A stretch of DNA of 64,000 nt, taken from positions 2,852,001-2,916,000 of the forward strand of contig CATNEN010000003.1 in assembly GCA_950097015.1 (NCBI GenBank), written 5' to 3'. Origin of the DNA: Macrostomum hystrix (Eukaryota > Animalia > Platyhelminthes). A model generated the notes under the pieces. It made no database searches and was not told the DNA's origin. It worked only from the letters and a program-made list of their open reading frames with translations. Position 1 is the first letter of the stretch. Each line of letters opens with the position of its first letter. Below, piece after piece: positions 1-15,000 of this stretch. The translations under genes and the position numbers were made by a program.

Positions 1-3000
1 GTGCGCATCATAGTACGCAGGGGTCGCAACTCGTACAGAGGAAGCGTTCGCTACGGAGTCAGCACTCGCAACTATGGACGCTGGGGTCTGAGCTACACCT
101 TCGCTGGCCTTGGTGGAGGCGGCTCAGGCAGACCGCGTCCAAGACCGCAGCCGAGACCGCAGCCGAGACCACGTCCGAGTCATGGAGGTGAGTGCTGATG
201 CTGCTGGCCTTGCGCTTCTAAACTGTGATTCCCGTGCAGTGTGTCAAATATTAGTTAACGACTAAACTGGCCTGTAAATGCGAGCCGCAGTGAAAAGCTT
301 TTTCAGTTATAATATTCGAGAAAATTCGCGTTTCTAAAGCGTCATCTTTTTATTTTGATTCGCAATTCGATAGCTTGCCAGCGCGTCTCGTCGGTGAATG
401 CCTACCTGAGGGCGTCGAACGTCGGCAAGTGCTACGAGTTCCGAGTCACTGGAGTTCAAGGCGGCGTGGTGTGGGGCACTGACGTGTACACTTCGGACTC
501 GAACTTTGGCTCGGCAGCAGTGCACACGGGTCTAATCAGAGCCGGAGAGACTCGCTACGTGCGCATCATAGTACGCAGGGGTCGCAACTCGTACAGAGGA
601 AGCGTTCGCTACGGAGTCAGCACTCGCAACTATGGACGCTGGGGTCTGAGCTACACCTTCGCTGGCCTTGGTGGAGGCGGCTCAGGCAGACCGCGTCCAA
701 GACCGCAGCCGAGACCGCAGCCGAGACCACGTCCGAGTCATGGAGGTGAGTGCTGATGCTGCTGGCCTTGCGCTTCTAAACTGTGATTCCCGTGCAGTGT
801 GTCAAATATTAGTTAACGACTAAACTGGCCTGTAAAGGCGAGCCGCAGTGAAAAGCATTCTTCAGTTATAAGTATTCGAGAAAATTCGCGTTTCTAAAGC
901 GTCATCTTTTTATTTTGATTCGCAATTCGATAGCTTGCCAGCGCGTCTCGTCGGTGAATGCCTACCTGAGGGCGTCGAACGTCGGCAAGTGCTACGAGTT
1001 CCGAGTCACTGGAGTTCAAGGCGGCGTGGTGTGGGGCACTGACGTGTACACTTCGGACTCGAACTTTGGCTCGGCAGCAGTGCACACGGGTCTAATCAGA
1101 GCCGGAGAGACTCGCTACGTGCGCATCATAGTACGCAGGGGTCGCAACTCGTACAGAGGAAGCGTTCGCTACGGAGTCAGCACTCGCAACTATGGACGCT
1201 GGGGTCTGAGCTACACCTTCGCTGGCCTTGGTGGAGGCGGCTCAGGCAGACCGCGTCCAAGACCGCAGCCGAGACCGCAGCCGAGACCACGTCCGAGTCA
1301 TGGAGGTGAGTGCTGATGCTGCTGGCCTTGCGCTTCTAAACTGTGATTCCCGTGCAGTGTGTCAAATATTAGTTAACGACTAAACTGGCCTGTAAAGGCG
1401 AGCCGCAGTGAAAAGCTTTTTCAGTTATAATATTCGAGAAAATTCGCGTTTCTAAAGCGTCATCTTTTTATTTTGATTCGCAATTCGATAGCTTGCCAGC
1501 GCGTCTCGTCGGTGAATGCCTACCTGAGGGCGTCGAACGTCGGCAAGTGCTACGAGTTCCGAGTCACTGGAGTTCAAGGCGGCGTGGTGTGGGGCACTGA
1601 CGTGTACACTTCGGACTCGAACTTTGGCTCGGCAGCAGTGCACACGGGTCTAATCAGAGCCGGAGAGACTCGCTACGTGCGCATCATAGTACGCAGGGGT
1701 CGCAACTCGTACAGAGGAAGCGTTCGCTACGGAGTCAGCACTCGCAACTATGGACGCTGGGGTCTGAGCTACACCTTCGCTGGCCTTGGTGGAGGCGGCT
1801 CAGGCAGACCGCGTCCAAGACCGCAGCCGAGACCGCAGCCGAGACCACGTCCGAGTCATGGAGGTGAGTGCTGATGCTGCTGGCCTTGCGCTTCTAAACT
1901 GTGATTCCCGTGCAGTGTGTCAAATATTAGTTAACGACTAAACTGGCCTGTAAAGGCGAGCCGCAGTGAAAAGCTTTTTCAGTTATAATATTCGAGAAAA
2001 TTCGCGTTTCTAAAGCGTCATCTTTTTATTTTGATTCGCAATTCGATAGCTTGCCAGCGCGTCTCGTCGGTGAATGCCTACCTGAGGGCGTCGAACGTCG
2101 GCAAGTGCTACGAGTTCCGAGTCACTGGAGTTCAAGGCGGCGTGGTGTGGGGCACTGACGTGTACACTTCGGACTCGAACTTTGGCTCGGCAGCAGTGCA
2201 CACGGGTCTAATCAGAGCCGGAGAGACTCGCTACGTGCGCATCATAGTACGCAGGGGTCGCAACTCGTACAGAGGAAGCGTTCGCTACGGAGTCAGCACT
2301 CGCAACTATGGACGCTGGGGTCTGAGCTACACCTTCGCTGGCCTTGGTGGAGGCGGCTCAGGCAGACCGCGTCCAAGACCGCAGCCGAGACCGCAGCCGA
2401 GACCACGTCCGAGTCATGGAGGTGAGTGCTGATGCTGCTGGCCTTGCGCTTCTAAACTGTGATTCCCGTGCAGTGTGTCAAATATTAGTTAACGACTAAA
2501 CTGGCCTGTAAATGCGAGCCGCAGTGAAAAGCTTTTTCAGTTATAATATTCGAGAAAATTCGCGTTTCTAAAGCGTCATCTTTTTATTTTGATTCGCAAT
2601 TCGATAGCTTGCCAGCGCGTCTCGTCGGTGAATGCCTACCTGAGGGCGTCGAACGTCGGCAAGTGCTACGAGTTCCGAGTCACTGGAGTTCAAGGCGGCG
2701 TGGTGTGGGGCACTGACGTGTACACTTCGGACTCGAACTTTGGCTCGGCAGCAGTGCACACGGGTCTAATCAGAGCCGGAGAGACTCGCTACGTGCGCAT
2801 CATAGTACGCAGGGGTCGCAACTCGTACAGAGGAAGCGTTCGCTACGGAGTCAGCACTCGCAACTATGGACGCTGGGGTCTGAGCTACACCTTCGCTGGC
2901 CTTGGTGGAGGCGGCTCAGGCAGACCGCGTCCAAGACCGCAGCCGAGACCGCAGCCGAGACCACGTCCGAGTCATGGAGGTGAGTGCTGATGCTGCTGGC

Positions 3001-6000
3001 CTTGCGCTTCTAAACTGTGATTCCCGTGCAGTGTGTCAAATATTAGTTAACGACTAAACTGGCCTGTAAAGGCGAGCCGCAGTGAAAAGCTTTTTCAGTT
3101 ATAATATTCGAGAAAATTCGCGTTTCTAAAGCGTCATCTTTTTATTTTGATTCGCAATTCGATAGCTTGCCAGCGCGTCTCGTCGGTGAATGCCTACCTG
3201 AGGGCGTCGAACGTCGGCAAGTGCTACGAGTTCCGAGTCACTGGAGTTCAAGGCGGCGTGGTGTGGGGCACTGACGTGTACACTTCGGACTCGAACTTTG
3301 GCTCGGCAGCAGTGCACACGGGTCTAATCAGAGCCGGAGAGACTCGCTACGTGCGCATCATAGTACGCAGGGGTCGCAACTCGTACAGAGGAAGCGTTCG
3401 CTACGGAGTCAGCACTCGCAACTATGGACGCTGGGGTCTGAGCTACACCTTCGCTGGCCTTGGTGGAGGCGGCTCAGGCAGACCGCGTCCAAGACCGCAG
3501 CCGAGACCGCAGCCGAGACCACGTCCGAGTCATGGAGGTGAGTGCTGATGCTGCTGGCCTTGCGCTTCTAAACTGTGATTCCCGTGCAGTGTGTCAAATA
3601 TTAGTTAACGACTAAACTGGCCTGTAAAGGCGAGCCGCAGTGAAAAGCTTTTTCAGTTATAATATTCGAGAAAATTCGCGTTTCTAAAGCGTCATCTTTT
3701 TATTTTGATTCGCAATTCGATAGCTTGCCAGCGCGTCTCGTCGGTGAATGCCTACCTGAGGGCGTCGAACGTCGGCAAGTGCTACGAGTTCCGAGTCACT
3801 GGAGTTCAAGGCGGCGTGGTGTGGGGCACTGACGTGTACACTTCGGACTCGAACTTTGGCTCGGCAGCAGTGCACACGGGTCTAATCAGAGCCGGAGAGA
3901 CTCGCTACGTGCGCATCATAGTACGCAGGGGTCGCAACTCGTACAGAGGAAGCGTTCGCTACGGAGTCAGCACTCGCAACTATGGACGCTGGGGTCTGAG
4001 CTACACCTTCGCTGGCCTTGGTGGAGGCGGCTCAGGCAGACCGCGTCCAAGACCGCAGCCGAGACCGCAGCCGAGACCACGTCCGAGTCATGGAGGTGAG
4101 TGCTGATGCTGCTGGCCTTGCGCTTCTAAACTGTGATTCCCGTGCAGTGTGTCAAATATTAGTTAACGACTAAACTGGCCTGTAAAGGCGAGCCGCAGTG
4201 AAAAGCTTTTTCAGTTATAATATTCGAGAAAATTCGCGTTTCTAAAGCGTCATCTTTTTATTTTGATTCGCAATTCGATAGCTTGCCAGCGCGTCTCGTC
4301 GGTGAATGCCTACCTGAGGGCGTCGAACGTCGGCAAGTGCTACGAGTTCCGAGTCACTGGAGTTCAAGGCGGCGTGGTGTGGGGCACTGACGTGTACACT
4401 TCGGACTCGAACTTTGGCTCGGCAGCAGTGCACACGGGTCTAATCAGAGCCGGAGAGACTCGCTACGTGCGCATCATAGTACGCAGGGGTCGCAACTCGT
4501 ACAGAGGAAGCGTTCGCTACGGAGTCAGCACTCGCAACTATGGACGCTGGGGTCTGAGCTACACCTTCGCTGGCCTTGGTGGAGGCGGCTCAGGCAGACC
4601 GCGTCCAAGACCGCAGCCGAGACCGCAGCCGAGACCACGTCCGAGTCATGGAGGTGAGTGCTGATGCTGCTGGCCTTGCGCTTCTAAACTGTGATTCCCG
4701 TGCAGTGTGTCAAATATTAGTTAACGACTAAACTGGCCTGTAAAGGCGAGCCGCAGTGAAAAGCTTTTTCAGTTATAATATTCGAGAAAATTCGCGTTTC
4801 TAAAGCGTCATCTTTTTATTTTGATTCGCAATTCGATAGCTTGCCAGCGCGTCTCGTCGGTGAATGCCTACCTGAGGGCGTCGAACGTCGGCAAGTGCTA
4901 CGAGTTCCGAGTCACTGGAGTTCAAGGCGGCGTGGTGTGGGGCACTGACGTGTACACTTCGGACTCGAACTTTGGCTCGGCAGCAGTGCACACGGGTCTA
5001 ATCAGAGCCGGAGAGACTCGCTACGTGCGCATCATAGTACGCAGGGGTCGCAACTCGTACAGAGGAAGCGTTCGCTACGGAGTCAGCACTCGCAACTATG
5101 GACGCTGGGGTCTGAGCTACACCTTCGCTGGCCTTGGTGGAGGCGGCTCAGGCAGACCGCGTCCAAGACCGCAGCCGAGACCGCAGCCGAGACCACGTCC
5201 GAGTCATGGAGGTGAGTGCTGATGCTGCTGGCCTTGCGCTTCTAAACTGTGATTCCCGTGCAGTGTGTCAAATATAAGTTAACGACTAAACTGGCCTGTA
5301 AAGGCGAGCCGCAGTGAAAAGCTTTTTCAGTTATAATATTCGAGAAAATTCGCGTTTCCTAAAGCGTCATCTTTTTATTTTGATTCGCAATTCGATAGCT
5401 TGCCAGCGCGTCTCGTCGGTGAATGCCTACCTGAGGGCGTCGAACGTCGGCAAGTGCTACGAGTTCCGAGTCACTGGAGTTCAAGGCGGCGTGGTGTGGG
5501 GCACTGACGTGTACACTTCGGACTCGAACTTTGGCTCGGCAGCAGTGCACACGGGTCTAATCAGAGCCGGAGAGACTCGCTACGTGCGCATCATAGTACG
5601 CAGGGGTCGCAACTCGTACAGAGGAAGCGTTCGCTACGGAGTCAGCACTCGCAACTATGGACGCTGGGGTCTGAGCTACACCTTCGCTGGCCTTGGTGGA
5701 GGCGGCTCAGGCAGACCGCGTCCAAGACCGCAGCCGAGACCGCAGCCGAGACCACGTCCGAGTCATGGAGGTGAGTGCTGATACTGCTGGCCTTGCGCTT
5801 CTAAACTGTGATTCCCGTGCAGTGTGTCAAATATAAGTTAACGACTAAACTGGCCTGTAAAGGCGAGCCGCAGTGAAAAGCTTTTTCAGTTATAATATTC
5901 GAGAAAATTCGCGTTTCTAAAGCGTCATCTTTTTATTTTGATTCGCAATTCGATAGCTTGCCAGCGCGTCTCGTCGGTGAATGCCTACCTGAGGGCGTCG

Positions 6001-9000
6001 AACGTCGGCAAGTGCTACGAGTTCCGAGTCACTGGAGTTCAAGGCGGCGTGGTGTGGGGCACTGACGTGTACACTTCGGACTCGAACTTTGGCTCGGCAG
6101 CAGTGCACACGGGTCTAATCAGAGCCGGAGAGACTCGCTACGTGCGCATCATAGTACGCAGGGGTCGCAACTCGTACAGAGGAAGCGTTCGCTACGGAGT
6201 CAGCACTCGCAACTATGGACGCTGGGGTCTGAGCTACACCTTCGCTGGCCTTGGTGGAGGCGGCTCAGGCAGACCGCGTCCAAGACCGCAGCCGAGACCG
6301 CAGCCGAGACCACGTCCGAGTCATGGAGGTGAGTGCTGATGCTGCTGGCCTTGCGCTTCTAAACTGTGATTCCCGTGCAGTGTGTCAAATATAAGTTAAC
6401 GACTAAACTGGCCTGTAAAGGCGAGCCGCAGTGAAAAGCTTTTTCAGTTATAATATTCGAGAAAATTCGCGTTTCTAAAGCGTCATCTTTTTATTTTGAT
6501 TCGCAATTCGATAGCTTGCCAGCGCGTCTCGTCGGTGAATGCCTACCTGAGGGCGTCGAACGTCGGCAAGTGCTACGAGTTCCGAGTCACTGGAGTTCAA
6601 GGCGGCGTGGTGTGGGGCACTGACGTGTACACTTCGGACTCGAACTTTGGCTCGGCAGCAGTGCACACGGGTCTAATCAGAGCCGGAGAGACTCGCTACG
6701 TGCGCATCATAGTACGCAGGGGTCGCAACTCGTACAGAGGAAGCGTTCGCTACGGAGTCAGCACTCGCAACTATGGACGCTGGGGTCTGAGCTACACCTT
6801 CGCTGGCCTTGGTGGAGGCGGCTCAGGCAGACCGCGTCCAAGACCGCAGCCGAGACCGCAGCCGAGACCACGTCCGAGTCATGGAGGTGAGTGCTGATGC
6901 TGCTGGCCTTGCGCTTCTAAACTGTGATTCCCGTGCAGTGTGTCAAATATAAGTTAACGACTAAACTGGCATGTAAAGGCGAGCCGCAGTGAAAAGCTTT
7001 TTCAGTTATAATATTCGAGAAAATTCGCGTTTCTAAAGCGTCATCTTTTTATTTTGATTCGCAATTCGATAGCTTGCCAGCGCGTCTCGTCGGTGAATGC
7101 CTACCTGAGGGCGTCGAACGTCGGCAAGTGCTACGAGTTCCGAGTCACTGGAGTTCAAGGCGGCGTGGTGTGGGGCACTGACGTGTACACTTCGGACTCG
7201 AACTTTGGCTCGGCAGCAGTGCACACGGGTCTAATCAGAGCCGGAGAGACTCGCTACGTGCGCATCATAGTACGCAGGGGTCGCAACTCGTACAGAGGAA
7301 GCGTTCGCTACGGAGTCAGCACTCGCAACTATGGACGCTGGGGTCTGAGCTACACCTTCGCTGGCCTTGGTGGAGGCGGCTCAGGCAGACCGCGTCCAAG
7401 ACCGCAGCCGAGACCGCAGCCGAGACCACGTCCGAGTCATGGAGGTGAGTGCTGATACTGCTGGCCTTGCGCTTCTAAACTGTGATTCCCGTGCAGTGTG
7501 TCAAATATAAGTTAACGACTAAACTGGCCTGTAAAGGCGAGCCGCAGTGAAAAGCTTTTTCAGTTATAATATTCGAGAAAATTCGCGTTTCTAAAGCGTC
7601 ATCTTTTTATTTTGATTCGCAATTCGATAGCTTGCCAGCGCGTCTCGTCGGTGAATGCCTACCTGAGGGCGTCGAACGTCGGCAAGTGCTACGAGTTCCG
7701 AGTCACTGGAGTTCAAGGCGGCGTGGTGTGGGGCACTGACGTGTACACTTCGGACTCGAACTTTGGCTCGGCAGCAGTGCACACGGGTCTAATCAGAGCC
7801 GGAGAGACTCGCTACGTGCGCATCATAGTACGCAGGGGTCGCAACTCGTACAGAGGAAGCGTTCGCTACGGAGTCAGCACTCGCAACTATGGACGCTGGG
7901 GTCTGAGCTACACCTTCGCTGGCCTCGGTGGAGGCGGCTCAGGCAGACCGCGTCCAAGACCGCAGCCGAGACCGCAGCCGAGACCACGTCCGAGTCATGG
8001 AGGTGAGTGCTGATACTGCTGGCCTTGCGCTTCTAAACTGTGATTCCCGTGCAGTGTGTCAAATATTAGTTAACGACTAAAGTGGCATGTGAAAGCGAGC
8101 CGCAGTGAAAAGCTTTTCAGTTATAAGTATTCGAGAAAATTCGCGTTTCTAAAGCGTCATCTTTTTATTTTGATTCGCAATTCGATAGCTTGCCAGCGCG
8201 TCTCGTCGGTGAATGCCTACCTGAGGGCGTCGAACGTCGGCAAGTGCTACGAGTTCCGAGTCACTGGAGTTCAAGGCGGCGTGGTGTGGGGCACTGACGT
8301 GTACACTTCGGACTCGAACTTTGGCTCGGCAGCAGTGCACACGGGTCTAATCAGAGCCGGAGAGACTCGCTACGTGCGCATCATAGTACGCAGGGGTCGC
8401 AACTCGTACAGAGGAAGCGTTCGCTACGGAGTCAGCACTCGCAACTATGGACGCTGGGGTCTGAGCTACACCTTCGCTGGCCTCGGTGGAGGCGGCTCAG
8501 GCAGACCGCGTCCAAGACCGCAGCCGAGACCGCAGCCGAGACCACGTCCGAGTCATGGAGGTGAGTGCTGATGCTGCTGGCCTTGCGCTTCTAAACTGTG
8601 ATTCCCGTGCAGTGTGTCAAATATTAGTTAACGACTAAAGTGGCATGTGAAAGGCGAGCCGCAGTGAAAAGCTTTTTCAGTTATAATATTCGAGAAAATT
8701 CGCGTTTCCAAAGCGTCATCTTTTTATTTTGATTCGCAATTCGATAGCTTGCCAGCGCGTCTCGTCGGTGAATGCCTACCTGAGGGCGTCGAACGTCGGC
8801 AAGTGCTACGAGTTCCGAGTCACTGGAGTTCAAGGCGGCGTGGTGTGGGGCACTGACGTGTACACTTCGGACTCGAACTTTGGCTCGGCAGCAGTGCACA
8901 CGGGTCTAATCAGAGCCGGAGAGACTCGCTACGTGCGCATCATAGTACGCAGGGGTCGCAACTCGTACAGAGGAAGCGTTCGCTACGGAGTCAGCACTCG

Positions 9001-12000
9001 CAACTATGGACGCTGGGGTCTGAGCTACACCTTCGCTGGCCTTGGTGGAGGCGGCTCAGGCAGACCGCGTCCAAGACCGCAGCCGAGACCGCAGCCGAGA
9101 CCACGTCCGAGTCATGGAGGTGAGTGCTGATGCTGCTGGCCTTGCGCTTCTAAACTGTGATTCCCGTGCAGTGTGTCAAATATAAGTTAACGACTAAACT
9201 GGCCTGTAAAGGCGAGCCGCAGTGAAAAGCTTTTTCAGTTATAATATTCGAGAAAATTCGCGTTTCTAAAGCGTCATCTTTTTATTTTGATTCGCAATTC
9301 GATAGCTTGCCAGCGCGTCTCGTCGGTGAATGCCTACCTGAGGGCGTCGAACGTCGGCAAGTGCTACGAGTTCCGAGTCACTGGAGTTCAAGGCGGCGTG
9401 GTGTGGGGCACTGACGTGTACACTTCGGACTCGAACTTTGGCTCGGCAGCAGTGCACACGGGTCTAATCAGAGCCGGAGAGACTCGCTACGTGCGCATCA
9501 TAGTACGCAGGGGTCGCAACTCGTACAGAGGAAGCGTTCGCTACGGAGTCAGCACTCGCAACTATGGACGCTGGGGTCTGAGCTACACCTTCGCTGGCCT
9601 CGGTGGAGGCGGCTCAGGCAGACCGCGTCCAAGACCGCAGCCGAGACCGCAGCCGAGACCACGTCCGAGTCATGGAGGTGAGTGCTGATGCTGCTGGCCT
9701 TGCGCTTCTAAACTGTGATTCCCGTGCAGTGTGTCAAATATTAGTTAACGACTAAAGTGGCATGTGAAAGCGAGCCGCAGTGAAAAGCATTCTTCAGTTA
9801 TAAGTATTCGAGAAAATTCGCGTTTCTAAAGCGTCATCTTTTTATTTTGATTCGCAATTCGATAGCTTGCCAGCGCGTCTCGTCGGTGAATGCCTACCTG
9901 AGGGCGTCGAACGTCGGCAAGTGCTACGAGTTCCGAGTCACTGGAGTTCAAGGCGGCGTGGTGTGGGGCACTGACGTGTACACTTCGGACTCGAACTTTG
10001 GCTCGGCAGCAGTGCACACGGGTCTAATCAGAGCCGGAGAGACTCGCTACGTGCGCATCATAGTACGCAGGGGTCGCAACTCGTACAGAGGAAGCGTTCG
10101 CTACGGAGTCAGCACTCGCAACTATGGACGCTGGGGTCTGAGCTACACCTTCGCTGGCCTCGGTGGAGGCGGCTCAGGCAGACCGCGTCCAAGACCGCAG
10201 CCGAGACCGCAGCCGAGACCACGTCCGAGTCATGGAGGTGAGTGCTGATGCTGCTGGCCTTGCGCTTCTAAACTGTGATTCCCGTGCAGTGTGTCAAATA
10301 TTAGTTAACGACTAAAGTGGCATGTGAAAGCGAGCCGCAGTGAAAAGCTTTTTCAGTTATAATATTCGAGAAAATTCGCGTTTCCAAAGCGTCATCTTTT
10401 TATTTTGATTCGCAATTCGATAGCTTGCCAGCGCGTCTCGTCGGTGAATGCCTACCTGAGGGCGTCGAACGTCGGCAAGTGCTACGAGTTCCGAGTCACT
10501 GGAGTTCAAGGCGGCGTGGTGTGGGGCACTGACGTGTACACTTCGGACTCGAACTTTGGCTCGGCAGCAGTGCACACGGGTCTAATCAGAGCCGGAGAGA
10601 CTCGCTACGTGCGCATCATAGTACGCAGGGGTCGCAACTCGTACAGAGGAAGCGTTCGCTACGGAGTCAGCACTCGCAACTATGGACGCTGGGGTCTGAG
10701 CTACACCTTCGCTGGCCTTGGTGGAGGCGGCTCAGGCAGACCGCGTCCAAGACCGCAGCCGAGACCGCAGCCGAGACCACGTCCGAGTCATGGAGGTGAG
10801 TGCTGATGCTGCTGGCCTTGCGCTTCTAAACTGTGATTCCCGTGCAGTGTGTCAAATATTAGTTAACGACTAAACTGGCCTGTAAAGGCGAGCCGCAGTG
10901 AAAAGCTTTTTCAGTTATAATATTCGAGAAAATTCGCGTTTCTAAAGCGTCATCTTTTTATTTTGATTCGCAATTCGATAGCTTGCCAGCGCGTCTCGTC
11001 GGTGAATGCCTACCTGAGGGCGTCGAACGTCGGCAAGTGCTACGAGTTCCGAGTCACTGGAGTTCAAGGCGGCGTGGTGTGGGGCACTGACGTGTACACT
11101 TCGGACTCGAACTTTGGCTCGGCAGCAGTGCACACGGGTCTAATCAGAGCCGGAGAGACTCGCTACGTGCGCATCATAGTACGCAGGGGTCGCAACTCGT
11201 ACAGAGGAAGCGTTCGCTACGGAGTCAGCACTCGCAACTATGGACGCTGGGGTCTGAGCTACACCTTCGCTGGCCTCGGTGGAGGCGGCTCAGGCAGACC
11301 GCGTCCAAGACCGCAGCCGAGACCGCAGCCGAGACCAAGTCCGAGTCATGGAGGTGAGTGCTGATGCTGCTGGCCTTGCGCTTCTAAACTGTGATTCCCG
11401 TGCAGTGTGTCAAATATTAGTTAACGACTAAAGTGGCATGTGAAAGCGAGCCGCAGTGAAAAGCATTCTTCGTTAAAGTATTCGAGAAAATTCGCGTTTC
11501 TAAAGCGTCATCTTTTTATTTTGATTCGCAATTCGATAGCTTGCCAGCGCGTCTCGTCGGTGAATGCCTACCTGAGGGCGTCGAACGTCGGCAAGTGCTA
11601 CGAGTTCCGAGTCACTGGAGTTCAAGGCGGCGTGGTGTGGGGCACTGACGTGTACACTTCGGACTCGAACTTTGGCTCGGCAGCAGTGCACACGGGTCTA
11701 ATCAGAGCCGGAGAGACTCGCTACGTGCGCATCATAGTACGCAGGGGTCGCAACTCGTACAGAGGAAGCGTTCGCTACGGAGTCAGCACTCGCAACTATG
11801 GACGCTGGGGTCTGAGCTACACCTTCGCTGGCCTTGGTGGAGGCGGCTCAGGCAGACCGCGTCCAAGACCGCAGCCGAGACCGCAGCCGAGACCACGTCC
11901 GAGTCATGGAGGTGAGTGCTGATGCTGCTGGCCTTGCGCTTCTAAACTGTGATTCCCGTGCAGTGTGTCAAATATTAGTTAACGACTAAAGTGGCATGTG

Positions 12001-15000
12001 AAAGCGAGCCGCAGTGAAAAGCATTCTTCGTTAAAGTATTCGAGAAAATTCGCGTTTCTAAAGCGTCATCTTTTTATTTTGATTCGCAATTCGATAGCTT
12101 GCCAGCGCGTCTCGTCGGTGAATGCCTACCTGAGGGCGTCGAACGTCGGCAAGTGCTACGAGTTCCGAGTCACTGGAGTTCAAGGCGGCGTGGTGTGGGG
12201 CACTGACGTGTACACTTCGGACTCGAACTTTGGCTCGGCAGCAGTGCACACGGGTCTAATCAGAGCCGGAGAGACTCGCTACGTGCGCATCATAGTACGC
12301 AGGGGTCGCAACTCGTACAGAGGAAGCGTTCGCTACGGAGTCAGCACTCGCAACTATGGACGCTGGGGTCTGAGCTACACCTTCGCTGGCCTCGGTGGAG
12401 GCGGCTCAGGCAGACCGCGTCCAAGACCGCAGCCGAGACCGCAGCCGAGACCACGTCCGAGTCATGGAGGTGAGTGCTGATGCTGCTGGCCTTGCGCTTC
12501 TAAACTGTGATTCCCGTGCAGTGTGTCAAATATTAGTTAATGACTAAAGTGGCATGTGAAAGCGAGCCGCAGTGAAAAGCTTTTTCAGTTATAATATTCG
12601 AGAAAATTCGCGTTTCCAAAGCGTCATCTTTTTATTTTGATTCGCAATTCGATAGCTTGCCAGCGCGTCTCGTCGGTGAATGCCTACCTGAGGGCGTCGA
12701 ACGTCGGCAAGTGCTACGAGTTCCGAGTCACTGGAGTTCAAGGCGGCGTGGTGTGGGGCACTGACGTGTACACTTCGGACTCGAACTTTGGCTCGGCAGC
12801 AGTGCACACGGGTCTAATCAGAGCCGGAGAGACTCGCTACGTGCGCATCATAGTACGCAGGGGTCGCAACTCGTACAGAGGAAGCGTTCGCTACGGAGTC
12901 AGCACTCGCAACTATGGACGCTGGGGTCTGAGCTACACCTTCGCTGGCCTTGGTGGAGGCGGCTCAGGCAGACCGCGTCCAAGACCGCAGCCGAGACCGC
13001 AGCCGAGACCACGTCCGAGTCATGGAGGTGAGTGCTGATGCTGCTGGCCTTGCGCTTCTAAACTGTGATTCCCGTGCAGTGTGTCAAATATTAGTTAACG
13101 ACTAAACTGGCCTGTAAAGGCGAGCCGCAGTGAAAAGCTTTTTCAGTTATAATATTCGAGAAAATTCGCGTTTCTAAAGCGTCATCTTTTTATTTTGATT
13201 CGCAATTCGATAGCTTGCCAGCGCGTCTCGTCGGTGAATGCCTACCTGAGGGCGTCGAACGTCGGCAAGTGCTACGAGTTCCGAGTCACTGGAGTTCAAG
13301 GCGGCGTGGTGTGGGGCACTGACGTGTACACTTCGGACTCGAACTTTGGCTCGGCAGCAGTGCACACGGGTCTAATCAGAGCCGGAGAGACTCGCTACGT
13401 GCGCATCATAGTACGCAGGGGTCGCAACTCGTACAGAGGAAGCGTTCGCTACGGAGTCAGCACTCGCAACTATGGACGCTGGGGTCTGAGCTACACCTTC
13501 GCTGGCCTCGGTGGAGGCGGCTCAGGCAGACCGCGTCCAAGACCGCAGCCGAGACCGCAGCCGAGACCACGTCCGAGTCATGGAGGTGAGTGCTGATGCT
13601 GCTGGCCTTGCGCTTCTAAACTGTGATTCCCGTGCAATGTGTCAAATATTAGTTAACGACTAAACTGGCCTGTAAAGGCGAGCCGCAGTGAAAAGCTTTT
13701 TCAGTTATAATATTCGAGAAAATTTGCGTTTCCAAAGCGTCATCTTTTTATTTTGATTCGCAATTCGATAGCTTGCCAGCGCGTCTCGTCGGTGAATGCC
13801 TACCTGAGGGCGTCGAACGTCGGCAAGTGCTACGAGTTCCGAGTCACTGGAGTTCAAGGCGGCGTGGTGTGGGGCACTGACGTGTACACTTCGGACTCGA
13901 ACTTTGGCTCGGCAGCAGTGCACACGGGTCTAATCAGAGCCGGAGAGACTCGCTACGTGCGCATCATAGTACGCAGGGGTCGCAACTCGTACAGAGGAAG
14001 CGTTCGCTACGGAGTCAGCACTCGCAACTATGGACGCTGGGGTCTGAGCTACACCTTCGCTGGCCTTGGTGGAGGCGGCTCAGGCAGACCGCGTCCAAGA
14101 CCGCAGCCGAGACCGCAGCCGAGACCACGTCCGAGTCATGGAGGTGAGTGCTGATACTGCTGGCCTTGCGCTTCTAAACTGTGATTCCCGTGCAGTGTGT
14201 CAAATATTAGTTAACGACTAAACTGGCCTGTAAAGGCGAGCCGCAGTGAAAAGCTTTTTCAGTTATAATATTCGAGAAAATTCGCGTTTCTAAAGCGTCA
14301 TCTTTTTATTTTGATTCGCAATTCGATAGCTTGCCAGCGCGTCTCGTCGGTGAATGCCTACCTGAGGGCGTCGAACGTCGGCAAGTGCTACGAGTTCCGA
14401 GTCACTGGAGTTCAAGGCGGCGTGGTGTGGGGCACTGACGTGTACACTTCGGACTCGAACTTTGGCTCGGCAGCAGTGCACACGGGTCTAATCAGAGCCG
14501 GAGAGACTCGCTACGTGCGCATCATAGTACGCAGGGGTCGCAACTCGTACAGAGGAAGCGTTCGCTACGGAGTCAGCACTCGCAACTATGGACGCTGGGG
14601 TCTGAGCTACACCTTCGCTGGCCTTGGTGGAGGCGGCTCAGGCAGACCGCGTCCAAGACCGCAGCCGAGACCGCAGCCGAGACCACGTCCGAGTCATGGA
14701 GGTGAGTGCTGATACTGCTGGCCTTGCGCTTCTAAACTGTGATTCCCGTGCAGTGTGTCAAATATTAGTTAACGACTAAACTGGCCTGTAAAGGCGAGCC
14801 GCAGTGAAAAGCTTTTTCAGTTATAATATTCGAGAAAATTCGCGTTTCTAAAGCGTCATCTTTTTATTTTGATTCGCAATTCGATAGCTTGCCAGCGCGT
14901 CTCGTCGGTGAATGCCTACCTGAGGGCGTCGAACGTCGGCAAGTGCTACGAGTTCCGAGTCACTGGAGTTCAAGGCGGCGTGGTGTGGGGCACTGACGTG

